Both the position numbers and the translations under genes were made by a program. A stretch of 64,000 nucleotides of DNA from positions 1 through 64,000 of the IMG/VR virus record IMGVR_UViG_3300004369_000010; one strand, given 5' to 3'. Under the pieces are notes generated by a model. It did not search any database and had not been told where the DNA came from. It saw only the letters and a list, made by a program, of their open reading frames with translations. The DNA comes from a virus. Positions 28,946-38,678 of the stretch are shown here, in pieces. Within the stretch, counting starts at the first letter, position 1, and every line of letters begins with the position of its first letter.

Positions 28946-30019
28946 TTAGAGATAATTATCAAACACATTTGACCAGGTAGAAGCCATATTTTTGACATCC
29001 AGCTCATTTTTTACGATTTCCAGTTGCTCTTTGGCTTCCTTGGATCGCACACCTATATGGCACAACTCCTCCAGGTGTTCCGTCCACTCTTCTTTTGTTG
29101 ACGCGAGTCTGCCGATTCCGTACTCGTCCTTTAGGCGTCTATATTCTCCGACATCTGACGCAACAAAGGGGATTCCAGCTGATGCGTATTCAATCCCTTT
29201 AATCCATGACTTGGCCCAGTTGAAAGGAATGTCGTTCAGCGGAGCTAAACCAATGTCAAACTGAAACGACAGTTTCGCGTATTTCTGGGGATGATGCATG
29301 GGTGTTTTGCTAACTTTGTCCCGAGGTATGCCAACTCGATCAGCGAACCAAACTGCTGAGTCAACATGGCCAGAGTGGTGACAGCGAAATCCCTTACTAC
29401 CTAGAACACCCTGAAGAAGTTCCAGGTCGCCTGAACGGTGAGAAGTTGATCCGACCCAACCGACAACAGGTTTTTTATTACGGAAATATCGCTTATCGAA
29501 ATCAGCGACCGTTACACAATTATGAACTAGATGAACATTTTTGCAATTGAATTCATTTTTCATCTTGTTGAACAAAAAAGGAGTAGACGATATTACCCCG
29601 TCACCCAATTGAATTATTTTTTTGTAATGTTCAATATTTTCGTCTTTATTGAAGTCGGGGTGCGTCAGTTTGTATGCATGGTTATCCTCATGTAAACCCC
29701 AGTACCAGTCATCAATATCGTTAAGAATTACTGGTCCATTTGGATTTCTGTTCTCCAGCTTTTCTACGAGCGCACCAAACATCAACCGCTGTAACACAAT
29801 AATGTCGCAGTCGTAATGGGTGTTACCGAACCAGTCAATAACGCCCATTCCCTTGTCTTTATGATGCACTAGCAAACCCGTTACAGACGGATGCTTAAGG
29901 TGTGGCCTATTTTGTTGTAGTCGAACCCAATTAGACCCACCTGGAACTGGACCCTGATCCGTTGTAAGCGTGCGCGACCAATCAGTTGAAGCGATACCAA
30001 TTTTTACTCTTTTGCCCAT
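28946..30019 (-). CDS. Glycosyltransferase (GT-B fold, GT4-like)
   Basis: VGWVGSTSH and FDIGLAPL...FNWAKSWIKGIEYASAGIPFVASDV motifs. Confidence 0.85.
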   Translation of the reverse strand: MGKRVKIGIASTDWSRTLTTDQGPVPGGSNWVRLQQNRPHLKHPSVTGLLVHHKDKGMGVIDWFGNTHYDCDIIVLQRLMFGALVEKLENRNPNGPVILNDIDDWYWGLHEDNHAYKLTHPDFNKDENIEHYKKIIQLGDGVISSTPFLFNKMKNEFNCKNVHLVHNCVTVADFDKRYFRNKKPVVGWVGSTSHRSGDLELLQGVLGSKGFRCHHSGHVDSAVWFADRVGIPRDKVSKTPMHHPQKYAKLSFQFDIGLAPLNDIPFNWAKSWIKGIEYASAGIPFVASDVGEYRRLKDEYGIGRLASTKEEWTEHLEELCHIGVRSKEAKEQLEIVKNELDVKNMASTWSNVFDNYL

Positions 30020-30084
30020 CAATTAATCTCCAAGCGTTACCAACGCTGAGACTATAGCAAATCCATGTCAAACGGTATTTGGTG

Positions 30085-30255
30085 TTAGTTATTGTTATTG
30101 CCCTGGCGGCCACGCAAGCGACGACCAACTCCGCGTGAGCCACGAGCCAAAGCCCTCAACATTGCCGCCAAAGCACGACGCCACCACGACGGTCGACGAC
30201 CATCACGTGCATCTGGGCTAATTTCCTCATCAGGCAAGTTATTAGGGGTGGGCAT
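30085..30255 (-). CDS. Small Arg-rich basic protein (56 aa, not in the ORF track)
   Basis: GGAGAAG RBS then MPTPNNLPDEEISPDARDGRRPSWWRRALAAMLRALARGSRGVGRRLRGRQGNNNN. Confidence 0.6.
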   Translation of the reverse strand: MPTPNNLPDEEISPDARDGRRPSWWRRALAAMLRALARGSRGVGRRLRGRQGNNNN

Positions 30256-30306
30256 TTCTTCTCCGTCCGACTGAACAAGAATAGCATCTCAGCACCAACA
30301 AGAATT

Positions 30307-30867
30307 TTACCGATCTGGATTGGGTGGCCTTTCAATGAATCCCGCCTGCTCGGTAAGGCTGGCTGGGGCTTCAACCGGAACCCATGCTTGTGAGTACTTG
30401 TGTTGGGCAACTTTCCGGTTCTTAATGAGAGTGCCATCAATCATTAGATCAATTTCATCATTCCTCATGACAAGCATCCTCTTTAAATCGGTTTCCGCAT
30501 AGCGGCCCGACATAATGATGTCCCTAAAAATGCGAGACATCCTTTTCGCCTGAGTTGCCCCCTTGGCCCTATTCAGGCGGAGATGCAGAAGCATCGCATC
30601 AATATCGCCACAGTCTTCATAGATCACTGGAACTAAGCCCTTGTATGTTTTTCTAATGGACTTTATTGAACCCGCAATCTCCCAGCGATAGTGACCATCA
30701 ATGATGACACCCTTGGACTTCTGAACCACAATAGGTTGCAGCCATCCATAGTCGTCCATGGAGCGTGCGAGTACCTCCAAGTCGGGGGCCAACACATATG
30801 ATGCCCGCCACGAAGCAGGCTTTAAAGTTGAGCCATCAACCCACACAATATTTTCATTCGGCTTCAC
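30307..30867 (-). CDS. ParB/Srx-like domain protein (IbrB-like)
   Basis: YGWLQPIVV...IIDGHYRW...RLNRAKG; adjacent to the IbrA-like gene. Confidence 0.8.
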   Translation of the reverse strand: MKPNENIVWVDGSTLKPASWRASYVLAPDLEVLARSMDDYGWLQPIVVQKSKGVIIDGHYRWEIAGSIKSIRKTYKGLVPVIYEDCGDIDAMLLHLRLNRAKGATQAKRMSRIFRDIIMSGRYAETDLKRMLVMRNDEIDLMIDGTLIKNRKVAQHKYSQAWVPVEAPASLTEQAGFIERPPNPDR

Positions 30868-30869
30868 AT

Positions 30870-32033
30870 TTACCTCAAATCATCAACGGAATCAAGGGCA
30901 TCCAAACTAGCCATTTCCTGTGCCTCTTCCATCTGAATCGTATACGCACGAGTCTTCGGCCCAATCGGATTGACAGAAGTGATATTAAACTCGTTTAACA
31001 AAATATTTCTAATCAGCCAATGTATCGGATACGAATTCGGATCCTTGGCATGCTTCTTCCTAAACTCCGCTGCGAATGCCATAGCCCGTTTCTTTAAGCC
31101 AGGCGTTAGCACATTATCGTCAATGCACAGACGTACGCCCTTCCACCCATCACGAGCGTACATCTTGATCATTTGTTCAACGTCAAACTCCGCCCAGCAT
31201 CTCCTCTGCGCATCAATTTGCGGAAAGCATTCGTACAGTCGGTCATAAAACTCAGGCTCCGTAGCAACAACATCACCAATACGGCGAATGGCAACAGCGT
31301 GCAAAGGAATACCCACTCTGGTATTTGAGCCAGTAATCGCTGCGAGGTCATAGTACTCGCAGTATGAGGCGTTGTGTTCTTCCGTGATGAACTTGAGAAC
31401 ATCGTCAGTCGTCCAGTCATAAATCACCTTCGCAAATCTCAGCGGAATTGACTTCTTCATACGAAACGGTACATTGATGTAGTTCTCATGCAACTTTTGA
31501 ACACACGACCGATATCGGATCATTGACTCATTTGCTCTAACGCCAGTAATAAACGCCGTTCTACCCTTCTTGCCCTGCATTGTGTAATAGTCAATTGATT
31601 CGGGAATTGCTTGGGACGGATTTAAACCGAAATGTTCAGCCGTAATCGCCCAATGTGGCATATCTCGATAAAGACGCCCCTCTTTTGCTCGTTTCGGAGA
31701 CCAGAGAAGACAATACTCCCTCCTACCCAGCACCCAGATTTCTTGGCCCTGAGGAAGGCAATACCACTCCATATCAACCCAGTCGTAGTTTCGCACCTCC
31801 TCAATAAATGACAACACCGCTGGAGAAACCATCTCTTCATCACGGAAAATAACCTTCACAGGTCCGAGGTTCCGTTCCTCGTGAATTTCCTTGGCTAGGT
31901 ACAAGATCGCTGTTGAATCTTTGCCTCCAGAAAACTGCACGCAAACGGTATCAAATGTGTCGTAAACATGGCGCATTCGCTCGCGCGCCGCATCAACACA
32001 GTTGATATCAAGAAACATACGTTGCCGAGTCAT
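30870..32033 (-). CDS. PAPS reductase-fold protein (IbrA/DUF3440-like)
   Basis: FSGGKDS PP-loop, ITGVRANESMIR and IYDWTTDDV motifs. Confidence 0.85.
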   Translation of the reverse strand: MTRQRMFLDINCVDAARERMRHVYDTFDTVCVQFSGGKDSTAILYLAKEIHEERNLGPVKVIFRDEEMVSPAVLSFIEEVRNYDWVDMEWYCLPQGQEIWVLGRREYCLLWSPKRAKEGRLYRDMPHWAITAEHFGLNPSQAIPESIDYYTMQGKKGRTAFITGVRANESMIRYRSCVQKLHENYINVPFRMKKSIPLRFAKVIYDWTTDDVLKFITEEHNASYCEYYDLAAITGSNTRVGIPLHAVAIRRIGDVVATEPEFYDRLYECFPQIDAQRRCWAEFDVEQMIKMYARDGWKGVRLCIDDNVLTPGLKKRAMAFAAEFRKKHAKDPNSYPIHWLIRNILLNEFNITSVNPIGPKTRAYTIQMEEAQEMASLDALDSVDDLR

Positions 32034-32581
32034 AAGGCTTCTTTGGGCATCAAATTTTTGTGGATTTTACGTAGCCGCTCTAGACGCTCAACACGAATGT
32101 TTTTCTTGATGTTAATATGCGATCCCGGTTTTGCTCCGAGCATCTCAGCAATTTCTGTTTTTTTGAAACCAATATCAACTAGATCCTTCACAAGTTGCTT
32201 GGCTTCGCCTGCTGGAACCCACGAATACGGGTGCGGATCAATTGCAGCAACACCAAGTATGCGGTCACTTGTATTTTTACGAATCTGGTCGCACTTGCCC
32301 TGTCGAATTCGTAGAAGCCTAGATACAGCAACTCCTGAGCGTTCAGAAATCGTTCGTAACCCGATCTTCTTTTGCCCCAAAAACAGTAAGTGAATTCTGG
32401 CATTCCTAGCATTTACCATTCGTACGGGTCGAGCCTCAATGCCTAATTTTTCTCTACGCCGTTCGCGAGACATGTTCAATTCATACACTCGGTGCGCCTC
32501 TTTGCACTCATTACACCTACATCCACTTGCATAGGTTGAATGTCTGCCATGAGTGACAGGCTTCCGACTATTTGCTGTCAT
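32030..32581 (-). CDS. Zn-motif + HTH DNA-binding protein
   Basis: HGRHSTYASGCRCNEC; GLRTISERSGV and KKTEIAEMLG HTH-like segments. Confidence 0.65.
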   Translation of the reverse strand: MTANSRKPVTHGRHSTYASGCRCNECKEAHRVYELNMSRERRREKLGIEARPVRMVNARNARIHLLFLGQKKIGLRTISERSGVAVSRLLRIRQGKCDQIRKNTSDRILGVAAIDPHPYSWVPAGEAKQLVKDLVDIGFKKTEIAEMLGAKPGSHINIKKNIRVERLERLRKIHKNLMPKEAL

Positions 32582-32590
32582 ATTTAATCC

Positions 32591-33361
32591 TCAGAAGTCA
32601 GCGTGCGCGTCAATAAAATTCATAAGCCGTTGCGCTGTTGTATCACCATCAATTGATGGCTCCGTTCTCAACCAACGAATAAACGAATACCATTTAGCCT
32701 GCTGGTCAGCATCATCAAAAACCAAAGAGTATTGAACGACGGCTTTAGTTGATCCAGACGCACCAATACCAGTGCTTCCCGTCGCCGCAACAGAACGAGC
32801 GTCAACATTCATTGATGGAACAATCTTCGCCCCATCTTCAGTCTGCTCTACAGCAATGTTTTGAATTGGTGCGGAATCTGGGTTAACAATCACGGGCGCT
32901 ACATATCCCGACTCTTCAAGCGAGTCCAATCTGCTTGCCTGAATATCCAACGCTGCTAGCTCAAACTCATCCCACTGAAGATCAACGAGCAGATCTGAAT
33001 ACGACTCAACTACCGTACCCAGCATGTCGTTCAGAAGTTGAGGGTCGGTATAACCCAACTCAGTCGTGCGATTATCTGCCAGAGCAAAAGCTACAGCCTC
33101 CTGTTCGGACGAATCAAAAATAACAGCAGCTATCTTTGACCATCCCAACTGCCTTGCAGCCCGCACCTGATGATTGCCCGCAATGACCGTATAGGTCCCA
33201 TCAGTATTATCCCGAACTACAATTGGTCGAAGTTGTCCGAATTGCTCATAGGACGCAACAATTGCATCAACATTGCCCTTTCGAGGGTTGCCCTCAAGAT
33301 GAACCAGTTTGTTTAAATCTATTGTTAACGCCTCTAGCGATTTATCAATTTTTTCCGTCAT
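32591..33361 (-). CDS. ParB N-terminal domain protein
   Basis: NPRKGNV...FGQLRPIVV...VIAGNHQVRAA...ALADNRT. Confidence 0.85.
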   Translation of the reverse strand: MTEKIDKSLEALTIDLNKLVHLEGNPRKGNVDAIVASYEQFGQLRPIVVRDNTDGTYTVIAGNHQVRAARQLGWSKIAAVIFDSSEQEAVAFALADNRTTELGYTDPQLLNDMLGTVVESYSDLLVDLQWDEFELAALDIQASRLDSLEESGYVAPVIVNPDSAPIQNIAVEQTEDGAKIVPSMNVDARSVAATGSTGIGASGSTKAVVQYSLVFDDADQQAKWYSFIRWLRTEPSIDGDTTAQRLMNFIDAHADF

Positions 33362-33362
33362 G

Positions 33363-33830
33363 TCATACTCCTAGTTCCATGTCCGAAACTTCAACAATGT
33401 CAACTTTAGCGCTGAACAGAAACTCTCGCACCCTGTTCCAATCCTTGTAGGACGAGTCCGAAAAGCACACCACTTTACGAACGCCAGAACTCGCAATTTG
33501 TTTAGCACATCCAAAACATGGAGGTCCGTTGACTATCAATGTCGCCCCTGCTCTTTGGGCAGGATCAGTCCACAATAGAGCATTAGCCTCTGCGTGCTGA
33601 GCGATGCAATTATCGTAAACACTACCGTTAGCCGAATTCATACTTAACCTTGGGCAGAAACCTTCCGAGCAATGGCCCATCCCTGGGGGCGAACCGTTAT
33701 AGCCGAAACCAATTACTCGCCCAGTTTCTTCCAAAACAACAGCGGCATATTGCTTTTTGGAACAGGTTGAAAACTGATGGGCCATCACCGGCAACACCTT
33801 CAACCAATTCCGTTCACGACGCAAAATCAT
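33363..33830 (-). CDS. dCMP deaminase-like protein
   Basis: GYNGSPPG, HAEANAL and PPCFGCAK zinc deaminase motifs. Confidence 0.88.
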   Translation of the reverse strand: MILRRERNWLKVLPVMAHQFSTCSKKQYAAVVLEETGRVIGFGYNGSPPGMGHCSEGFCPRLSMNSANGSVYDNCIAQHAEANALLWTDPAQRAGATLIVNGPPCFGCAKQIASSGVRKVVCFSDSSYKDWNRVREFLFSAKVDIVEVSDMELGV

Positions 33831-34171
33831 GAACTTACTTGCTGTCTCACATTTGCCGCCAATGTCCGCAACGCATCAATACTCGTCCTCAATGAAGACA
33901 ACTTCTCGCGTTTTGCTTTCACCAAGGCCTCGGACACCTTCCAAGCAAAAATTTCGCTCTCTAACTTATAATCCGACCAGGCTTCCCGTTCCCGAATTGA
34001 CCCCTTCGCCGACAAGTACTCTTTCGCCCAAGCCGACTTATAGGTCGCTTCCTTGTTCGCTGCATCCTGTGCAAGAACCTCAAAGGTTTCGGTTTCATCT
34101 TCTAACATGCCCGTCAAGCGAAGAATTTCTTCTTCAATCTCAACTTGGCTAATAGGTGCGGATCGACGCAT
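33827..34171 (-). CDS. Hypothetical coiled-coil protein
   Basis: Coupled ORF with a GGAG RBS. Confidence 0.6.
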   Translation of the reverse strand: MRRSAPISQVEIEEEILRLTGMLEDETETFEVLAQDAANKEATYKSAWAKEYLSAKGSIREREAWSDYKLESEIFAWKVSEALVKAKREKLSSLRTSIDALRTLAANVRQQVSS

Positions 34172-34190
34172 ACTTCTCCCTCAAACTTAG

Positions 34191-34418
34191 TTAGTTGATA
34201 ATTTTAAAAATTGTTGACCACAACATTGGCCACTCAGTTGAATGTCTCACCAAGATTCGTCGATGCCACGTTGGGTTAGAACCCTCTTCTAGAACCCTCA
34301 TACGAAGTTCATCAATCAGCAACTCTAATTCGTTGACCTTCTCCCGAGTCATACAAAGTTCTTCCTCCAACCGCATCCGCGACACTTGAAGGTCACCAAT
34401 AATTGCATCATGTTCCAT
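34191..34418 (-). CDS. Hypothetical protein
   Basis: Likely start MEHDAII, overlapping the end of the RuvC-like gene. Confidence 0.5.
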   Translation of the reverse strand: MEHDAIIGDLQVSRMRLEEELCMTREKVNELELLIDELRMRVLEEGSNPTWHRRILVRHSTEWPMLWSTIFKIIN

Positions 34419-34935
34419 AGCGTTCCTCCACAACCGACCAGTCAACTTTGTCCAAGGCCAACCTGTTACCACTTGGCCACTGAAACCGTTCCGTTCCCAT
34501 TAAGCATCGCCCCATTTCCTCCAAAATCCAGGCATCACACATATCATCTGCACCGGAACCTGACCAAACAATTCCCGTTCTGGCTGATACAGCAGAAAGC
34601 ACCTCGGCCTTACTTGAGTTCCCCTTCCCCGTAGCAAACTTCGCCCTAGCCGTAGGGGCCACCTCGGTAAACGGGATCCCTGCACGCCACAAACTCACCC
34701 TCACAACACCACCAAGTTCTCCGATGGAATGCGCTTGACTATTGCGACTGGAAAAAGAGTAACCCTCCACGACAACTGCTGGATTCTCGGCCTGCCTTAC
34801 GACACCTAATATTTCTTCGGACATGATATGAAGCCGTTCAGCTCCCTTTTTGTTAGTTGAGATACAGGTAGTTGTATCGTTACCCGAAATGCCCGTTGAT
34901 GTCAACGACAAATCCAAACCAAAAACTGTAATCAC
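34408..34935 (-). CDS. ruvC: RuvC-like Holliday junction resolvase
   Basis: FGLDLSLTSTG, VVVEGY, KFATGKGNSSKAEV and DDMCDA catalytic motifs. Confidence 0.85.
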   Translation of the reverse strand: MITVFGLDLSLTSTGISGNDTTTCISTNKKGAERLHIMSEEILGVVRQAENPAVVVEGYSFSSRNSQAHSIGELGGVVRVSLWRAGIPFTEVAPTARAKFATGKGNSSKAEVLSAVSARTGIVWSGSGADDMCDAWILEEMGRCLMGTERFQWPSGNRLALDKVDWSVVEERYGT

Positions 34936-35633
34936 TACGAATCCTTCAAAAAGTTCAGAACATGTTTGGGGCGACGACGCCTATTGAATGCCCAAACTTC
35001 TTTCCATCTTTGGGGTCCCGTAATTACATGAAGTTGCCCATATCGCTCTCTTTCGCTAATTAGTGGAGTCTTCTCAATTTCACCAACGCTGAACCGAGTC
35101 TCAGAAGGATGGTAAAACTTCACCTGATAAATAGGTGAGTCTTGAGATATCCGCACCCACTGGTTAAACTCAACCCTAAACGCATACGATGTTCCGCGAA
35201 ACCACTCGTAAATATTGAACTGACCTCGAATGGGTTCTGGATTGGTCTGACCCTGGGCGGATTGAACCGTCATCACAACATCAGGATCATCCGAAATAAA
35301 TATCCAAAACGGCAACAAACCTAACTGAACAATCCCATGTTCAATGTCTGCGGTATTCAGCACTCTGCCCAAAGAGGCTGAAGGGAGGGAGCAGTTTTCC
35401 TCATCAAACTCCACATACATATGCCCGTGATCGTCTTGCACCACCCTAAAGCGCAAATCGTAATTAACCGAAATGTTAAACGCTGACAATACATAGTCAT
35501 TGAATGCTGGACATCGCCGCGCATCCCCATCAACAGGGATCGTTTCTCTCACGGGGTGAAAAGCGGGATGAGCCGCCAATGTGGCCCCAATGTCTGTTGA
35601 GCCTCCCGCTGCACAGTAACCGACCCTAATCAT
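34935..35633 (-). CDS. Hypothetical protein
   Basis: Coupled ORF; RRCPAFNDY motif. Confidence 0.55.
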   Translation of the reverse strand: MIRVGYCAAGGSTDIGATLAAHPAFHPVRETIPVDGDARRCPAFNDYVLSAFNISVNYDLRFRVVQDDHGHMYVEFDEENCSLPSASLGRVLNTADIEHGIVQLGLLPFWIFISDDPDVVMTVQSAQGQTNPEPIRGQFNIYEWFRGTSYAFRVEFNQWVRISQDSPIYQVKFYHPSETRFSVGEIEKTPLISERERYGQLHVITGPQRWKEVWAFNRRRRPKHVLNFLKDS

Positions 35634-35976
35634 CGCCTTGTTCTTCCCAGCCATGAATAGACAGCCCTAGTTCAAATGCCAATGCTGGATGATCACCTAT
35701 CCGTCTATGGCACGGCCTACACACCGCCAACAGGTTGCGTTCATCAAGAATTGATCCACCTTGTGAACGTCGTTTGAGTTCATGAATATCTACCGACGGT
35801 TGAGCTACATATGTCACCAAGCCGTCATACTTGGCAAATATTGGACACGCCTGACACATAGGGCGCTCCTTGAGGAGACGCTCTACCAACGGACGACGTT
35901 CCCGATACTTTTTTTCTGTCTTCTTGGAGCGAGGTCGCAAGGGACCTGATCGTCTTAATCCCTTTTTCCGCTCCAC
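35626..35976 (-). CDS. HNH endonuclease-like protein
   Basis: CQAC...DIHE...RSQGG...NLLAVCRPCH. Confidence 0.75.
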   Translation of the reverse strand: MERKKGLRRSGPLRPRSKKTEKKYRERRPLVERLLKERPMCQACPIFAKYDGLVTYVAQPSVDIHELKRRSQGGSILDERNLLAVCRPCHRRIGDHPALAFELGLSIHGWEEQGDD

Positions 35977-35979
35977 TTT

Positions 35980-36177
35980 TTAGGATTCCGTTGGTGAACT
36001 AGCTTCTGGCGAACCACGACGCTTGTTGCGCCATTCCTTCATATAGGTTCGCTGATATTCCTTATTGCCCTCAATGCACGGTTGACAGCGACAACCGCGT
36101 ACATAACCTGTTCGGTTGTGTACAAGCTTTCTCGCTGTTTTCACTTCAGTGCTTTCGGGGTTTGTGGCGGTGTTCAA
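35980..36177 (-). CDS. Small Zn-motif protein
   Basis: HNRTGYVRGCRCQPC, the same motif as in 32030-32581. Confidence 0.6.
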   Translation of the reverse strand: MNTATNPESTEVKTARKLVHNRTGYVRGCRCQPCIEGNKEYQRTYMKEWRNKRRGSPEASSPTES

Positions 36178-36677
36178 CTGAAATCCTCCGGTGTGATATT
36201 TTCAAAGTCCCAGTGGCCATCTAGCGTAGACCAAAGAGCCCTGTCAATGACGGTGTCTTCCAGATCATACTCGTACATGAGTTCTTTGTGTCGCCGAATC
36301 GCCCTTTGGAGGGTGAGCAATTTTGTCATTGCATCATCTTCAATTTCAACACCTGTGTCAATCATCAAAGTTACTTGATTTAGCCGATTTTCAACATGGA
36401 AACGAAAACGATCAATTTTCTTTTTCCTCATTTCGTAACTAGCCAATGATTCGGTGAGTAGGATACTGCCCCCGTCAATGGCGGAGTATCGTTCCGTATC
36501 CATCTCCGCATCAGCCTCAATTCGCTCCAACTGCCCATCCAGGTTCTCAATTAGAGCAAGAAGCGCCTGTTGCCATCTGTGCCAGTTTGTTTTCTGCAAC
36601 AAAAACGCTCGACTATCTCTCGTTGCCCTGTTCTTGACTTCTTCGGCAACCAATTTGGCAAAAGCGTCATCATTCAT
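36174..36677 (-). CDS. Hypothetical protein
   Basis: Likely start MNDDAFAK just after the exonuclease stop. Confidence 0.55.
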   Translation of the reverse strand: MNDDAFAKLVAEEVKNRATRDSRAFLLQKTNWHRWQQALLALIENLDGQLERIEADAEMDTERYSAIDGGSILLTESLASYEMRKKKIDRFRFHVENRLNQVTLMIDTGVEIEDDAMTKLLTLQRAIRRHKELMYEYDLEDTVIDRALWSTLDGHWDFENITPEDFS

Positions 36678-36684
36678 GGCTGGC

Positions 36685-37452
36685 TCACTTACCCCACGCT
36701 GGGCATGCTGATTTGAACGCACACCAATTGCAAAGCGTTGATTTGACTGGCTCAAAATTTCCTGTCTCACAGCGATGATCTATTCCTTCTTTTGTTTTAA
36801 GAATTACCTGTGTGGCATCTTCTATTCGTTTTGTTGTGACTTGCCTAGATAATACGACCGGCTTTTTAAGGTATATGAGATCAAGTCGTTTTGCTTCACC
36901 TATACCCATGCTTAGCATCAGCGCGGCATAAACCGAAAGTTGGAAAAACTTATCCTCTTCCCACTTAGCCGCTGGAACCTTGCCCGTTTTGTAGTCGGAA
37001 ATAACAATTTTCCCATCAGTTTCATCAACTGTAAACCTATCAATGAAACCCTTGAGTTGAACTCCTTCTACCGACCCATTAAGTTCAAACTCAATGCCGT
37101 CTAATTCTGTTTCAGTAGGCTTTTCTACTTTCCACAAGTTTTCAATACAAAACCAAGCGTTCCACCGAAAATTGTTAAAAGCAGTCGGATGGACATAGCC
37201 TTCTACCTCCATTACATACTTGTCATCCCAGATTTTTCTAGCAATGTTTCGTGCCGTCTGCTGATCGCGCATATCTGGATCAGTTGCATATAAAACTTCT
37301 AGCACTTCATGAACGAAATTTCCAAGCAAACTTGCCTCGCTGGGCGGCTCTGGAAGTCGATCAATACGCGAATATTTAAACCGCAATGGACACTGTTTGA
37401 AGGTGTTGATAGACGACGGCGACAAATATTCAGGCGCTTTAAGTGCTGACAC
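36685..37452 (-). CDS. RecB/Cas4-like PD-(D/E)XK exonuclease
   Basis: LSPSSI..FKQCPL, GNFVHEVLE, GFIDR, ISDYKTGK, QLSVYA and CNWCAFKSAC. Confidence 0.9.
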   Translation of the reverse strand: MSALKAPEYLSPSSINTFKQCPLRFKYSRIDRLPEPPSEASLLGNFVHEVLEVLYATDPDMRDQQTARNIARKIWDDKYVMEVEGYVHPTAFNNFRWNAWFCIENLWKVEKPTETELDGIEFELNGSVEGVQLKGFIDRFTVDETDGKIVISDYKTGKVPAAKWEEDKFFQLSVYAALMLSMGIGEAKRLDLIYLKKPVVLSRQVTTKRIEDATQVILKTKEGIDHRCETGNFEPVKSTLCNWCAFKSACPAWGK

Positions 37453-38138
37453 TACTCAGACACCTCTTCATTTTCAATGATTTCCATTCCACCCAGAATC
37501 AACCGAGTCGTTTCAATCGTAACCGCCTCCAAGTCCGTCAATGTCCACTCGCCAACATTCTTCGGCACTGGACGGCCTCCGCTGTATGACAACCAAAATT
37601 GCTTAAGTTTGGGTTTGTCATCATCGGGAAGTTCGTTTCGGAGTTCCATAAACCGCTCGTATGCGCTGGTGACAGCAGGATCCACGGGGAGAGGAGCAGA
37701 TTCCATCGCTAACTCAATTTCCATCGCTTCAATATCCCGAGCCAAATAAAGACCTACACCGAACTGTTGGAGGGCTTTCTTCGTAGCATCCGAAACAGCG
37801 CCCTTGAACTCGTCACCCAAATCAACGATCTCATTGTCTTTACGAGAACGCTTGATTTTTTGCCCACCAAAACCATCATGAATGACATGACGACCATCAA
37901 TATGCGCGCTAACACGAACATGAGCAACAACCCAGTCGGGATCTGACTGATCTCGTTCGCAACGAAGAATCTCGCTTGACCACCCACCGACACCAAGAAC
38001 ACGGTTCATTCGATTCGTTACTTCCGCAATTGGAAGGTATGTAAGTGATGCTCCACCCTTACTGACCGTGCGCTCCATCTCCTGAGGAAACGGCTCACTC
38101 AAACGCTCATACACCTGATCCATGACTTTTCCTTTCAC
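37452..38138 (-). CDS. Rad52/Rad22-family (Sak-like) ssDNA annealing protein
   Basis: LTYLPIAEVTNRMNRVLG...KGAVSDATKKALQQFGVGLYL; paired with the exonuclease. Confidence 0.85.
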   Translation of the reverse strand: MKGKVMDQVYERLSEPFPQEMERTVSKGGASLTYLPIAEVTNRMNRVLGVGGWSSEILRCERDQSDPDWVVAHVRVSAHIDGRHVIHDGFGGQKIKRSRKDNEIVDLGDEFKGAVSDATKKALQQFGVGLYLARDIEAMEIELAMESAPLPVDPAVTSAYERFMELRNELPDDDKPKLKQFWLSYSGGRPVPKNVGEWTLTDLEAVTIETTRLILGGMEIIENEEVSE

Positions 38139-38638
38139 TTAGCCTTCCGCAGGCTGATTTTGGGTACAGATTCGCCAGACTCACAATAATCATCGGCATC
38201 TACGCCAATTTCTCGCAACGTTGTTACTTTCCAATACGAAATTCCTGCGAACTGAAGTAGTTTCGTAATCATCTCTTTTGTTGACAACTTGATTTCTCCA
38301 GTATCAAGATCAACAGCCATACGCTCAATGCGCTCTGCGACAACCTCGGCAATCTCAGCATGACGCCAAGCTTTTCGTGACTTGTCATAAATCTTTTCAA
38401 CGACGGATCCATCTTCTCCAACAATCGGATCTCTGTCCGCCAGTAGTTGAATCAGAATCTTTTCCATTTCGCCATACGCCTCAGCCAGGTCAGATTTCAG
38501 GTGGCTGATTGCGATCAGAAGTTCACAAGCTGCTTTTTCGCTTAATGATTCGTCTTCTTTAAGGGCTGAAACTCGATCATAAAAGTCAAGCACTTGCTTA
38601 TTGAAATCAATAACCCAATCGGGTAGGTTTTCTTGCAA
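38135..38638 (-). CDS. Hypothetical protein
   Basis: Coupled ORF with a GGAG RBS. Confidence 0.6.
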   Translation of the reverse strand: MQENLPDWVIDFNKQVLDFYDRVSALKEDESLSEKAACELLIAISHLKSDLAEAYGEMEKILIQLLADRDPIVGEDGSVVEKIYDKSRKAWRHAEIAEVVAERIERMAVDLDTGEIKLSTKEMITKLLQFAGISYWKVTTLREIGVDADDYCESGESVPKISLRKAK

Positions 38639-38678
38639 CAGTATCTCCTGACCTAAACGGGTAGTAACCCCGGTTTTG

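Noticed and set aside
30307-33361. ParB genes as a plasmid-prophage partition system
   Set aside because: No ParA ATPase or parS-like array is seen, and both proteins show only the N-terminal ParB/Srx domain in a modification-like context.
36685-37452. Cas4-like nuclease as part of a CRISPR-Cas system
   Set aside because: No array or other cas genes; it is paired with a Rad52-like annealase as a standard phage recombination module.
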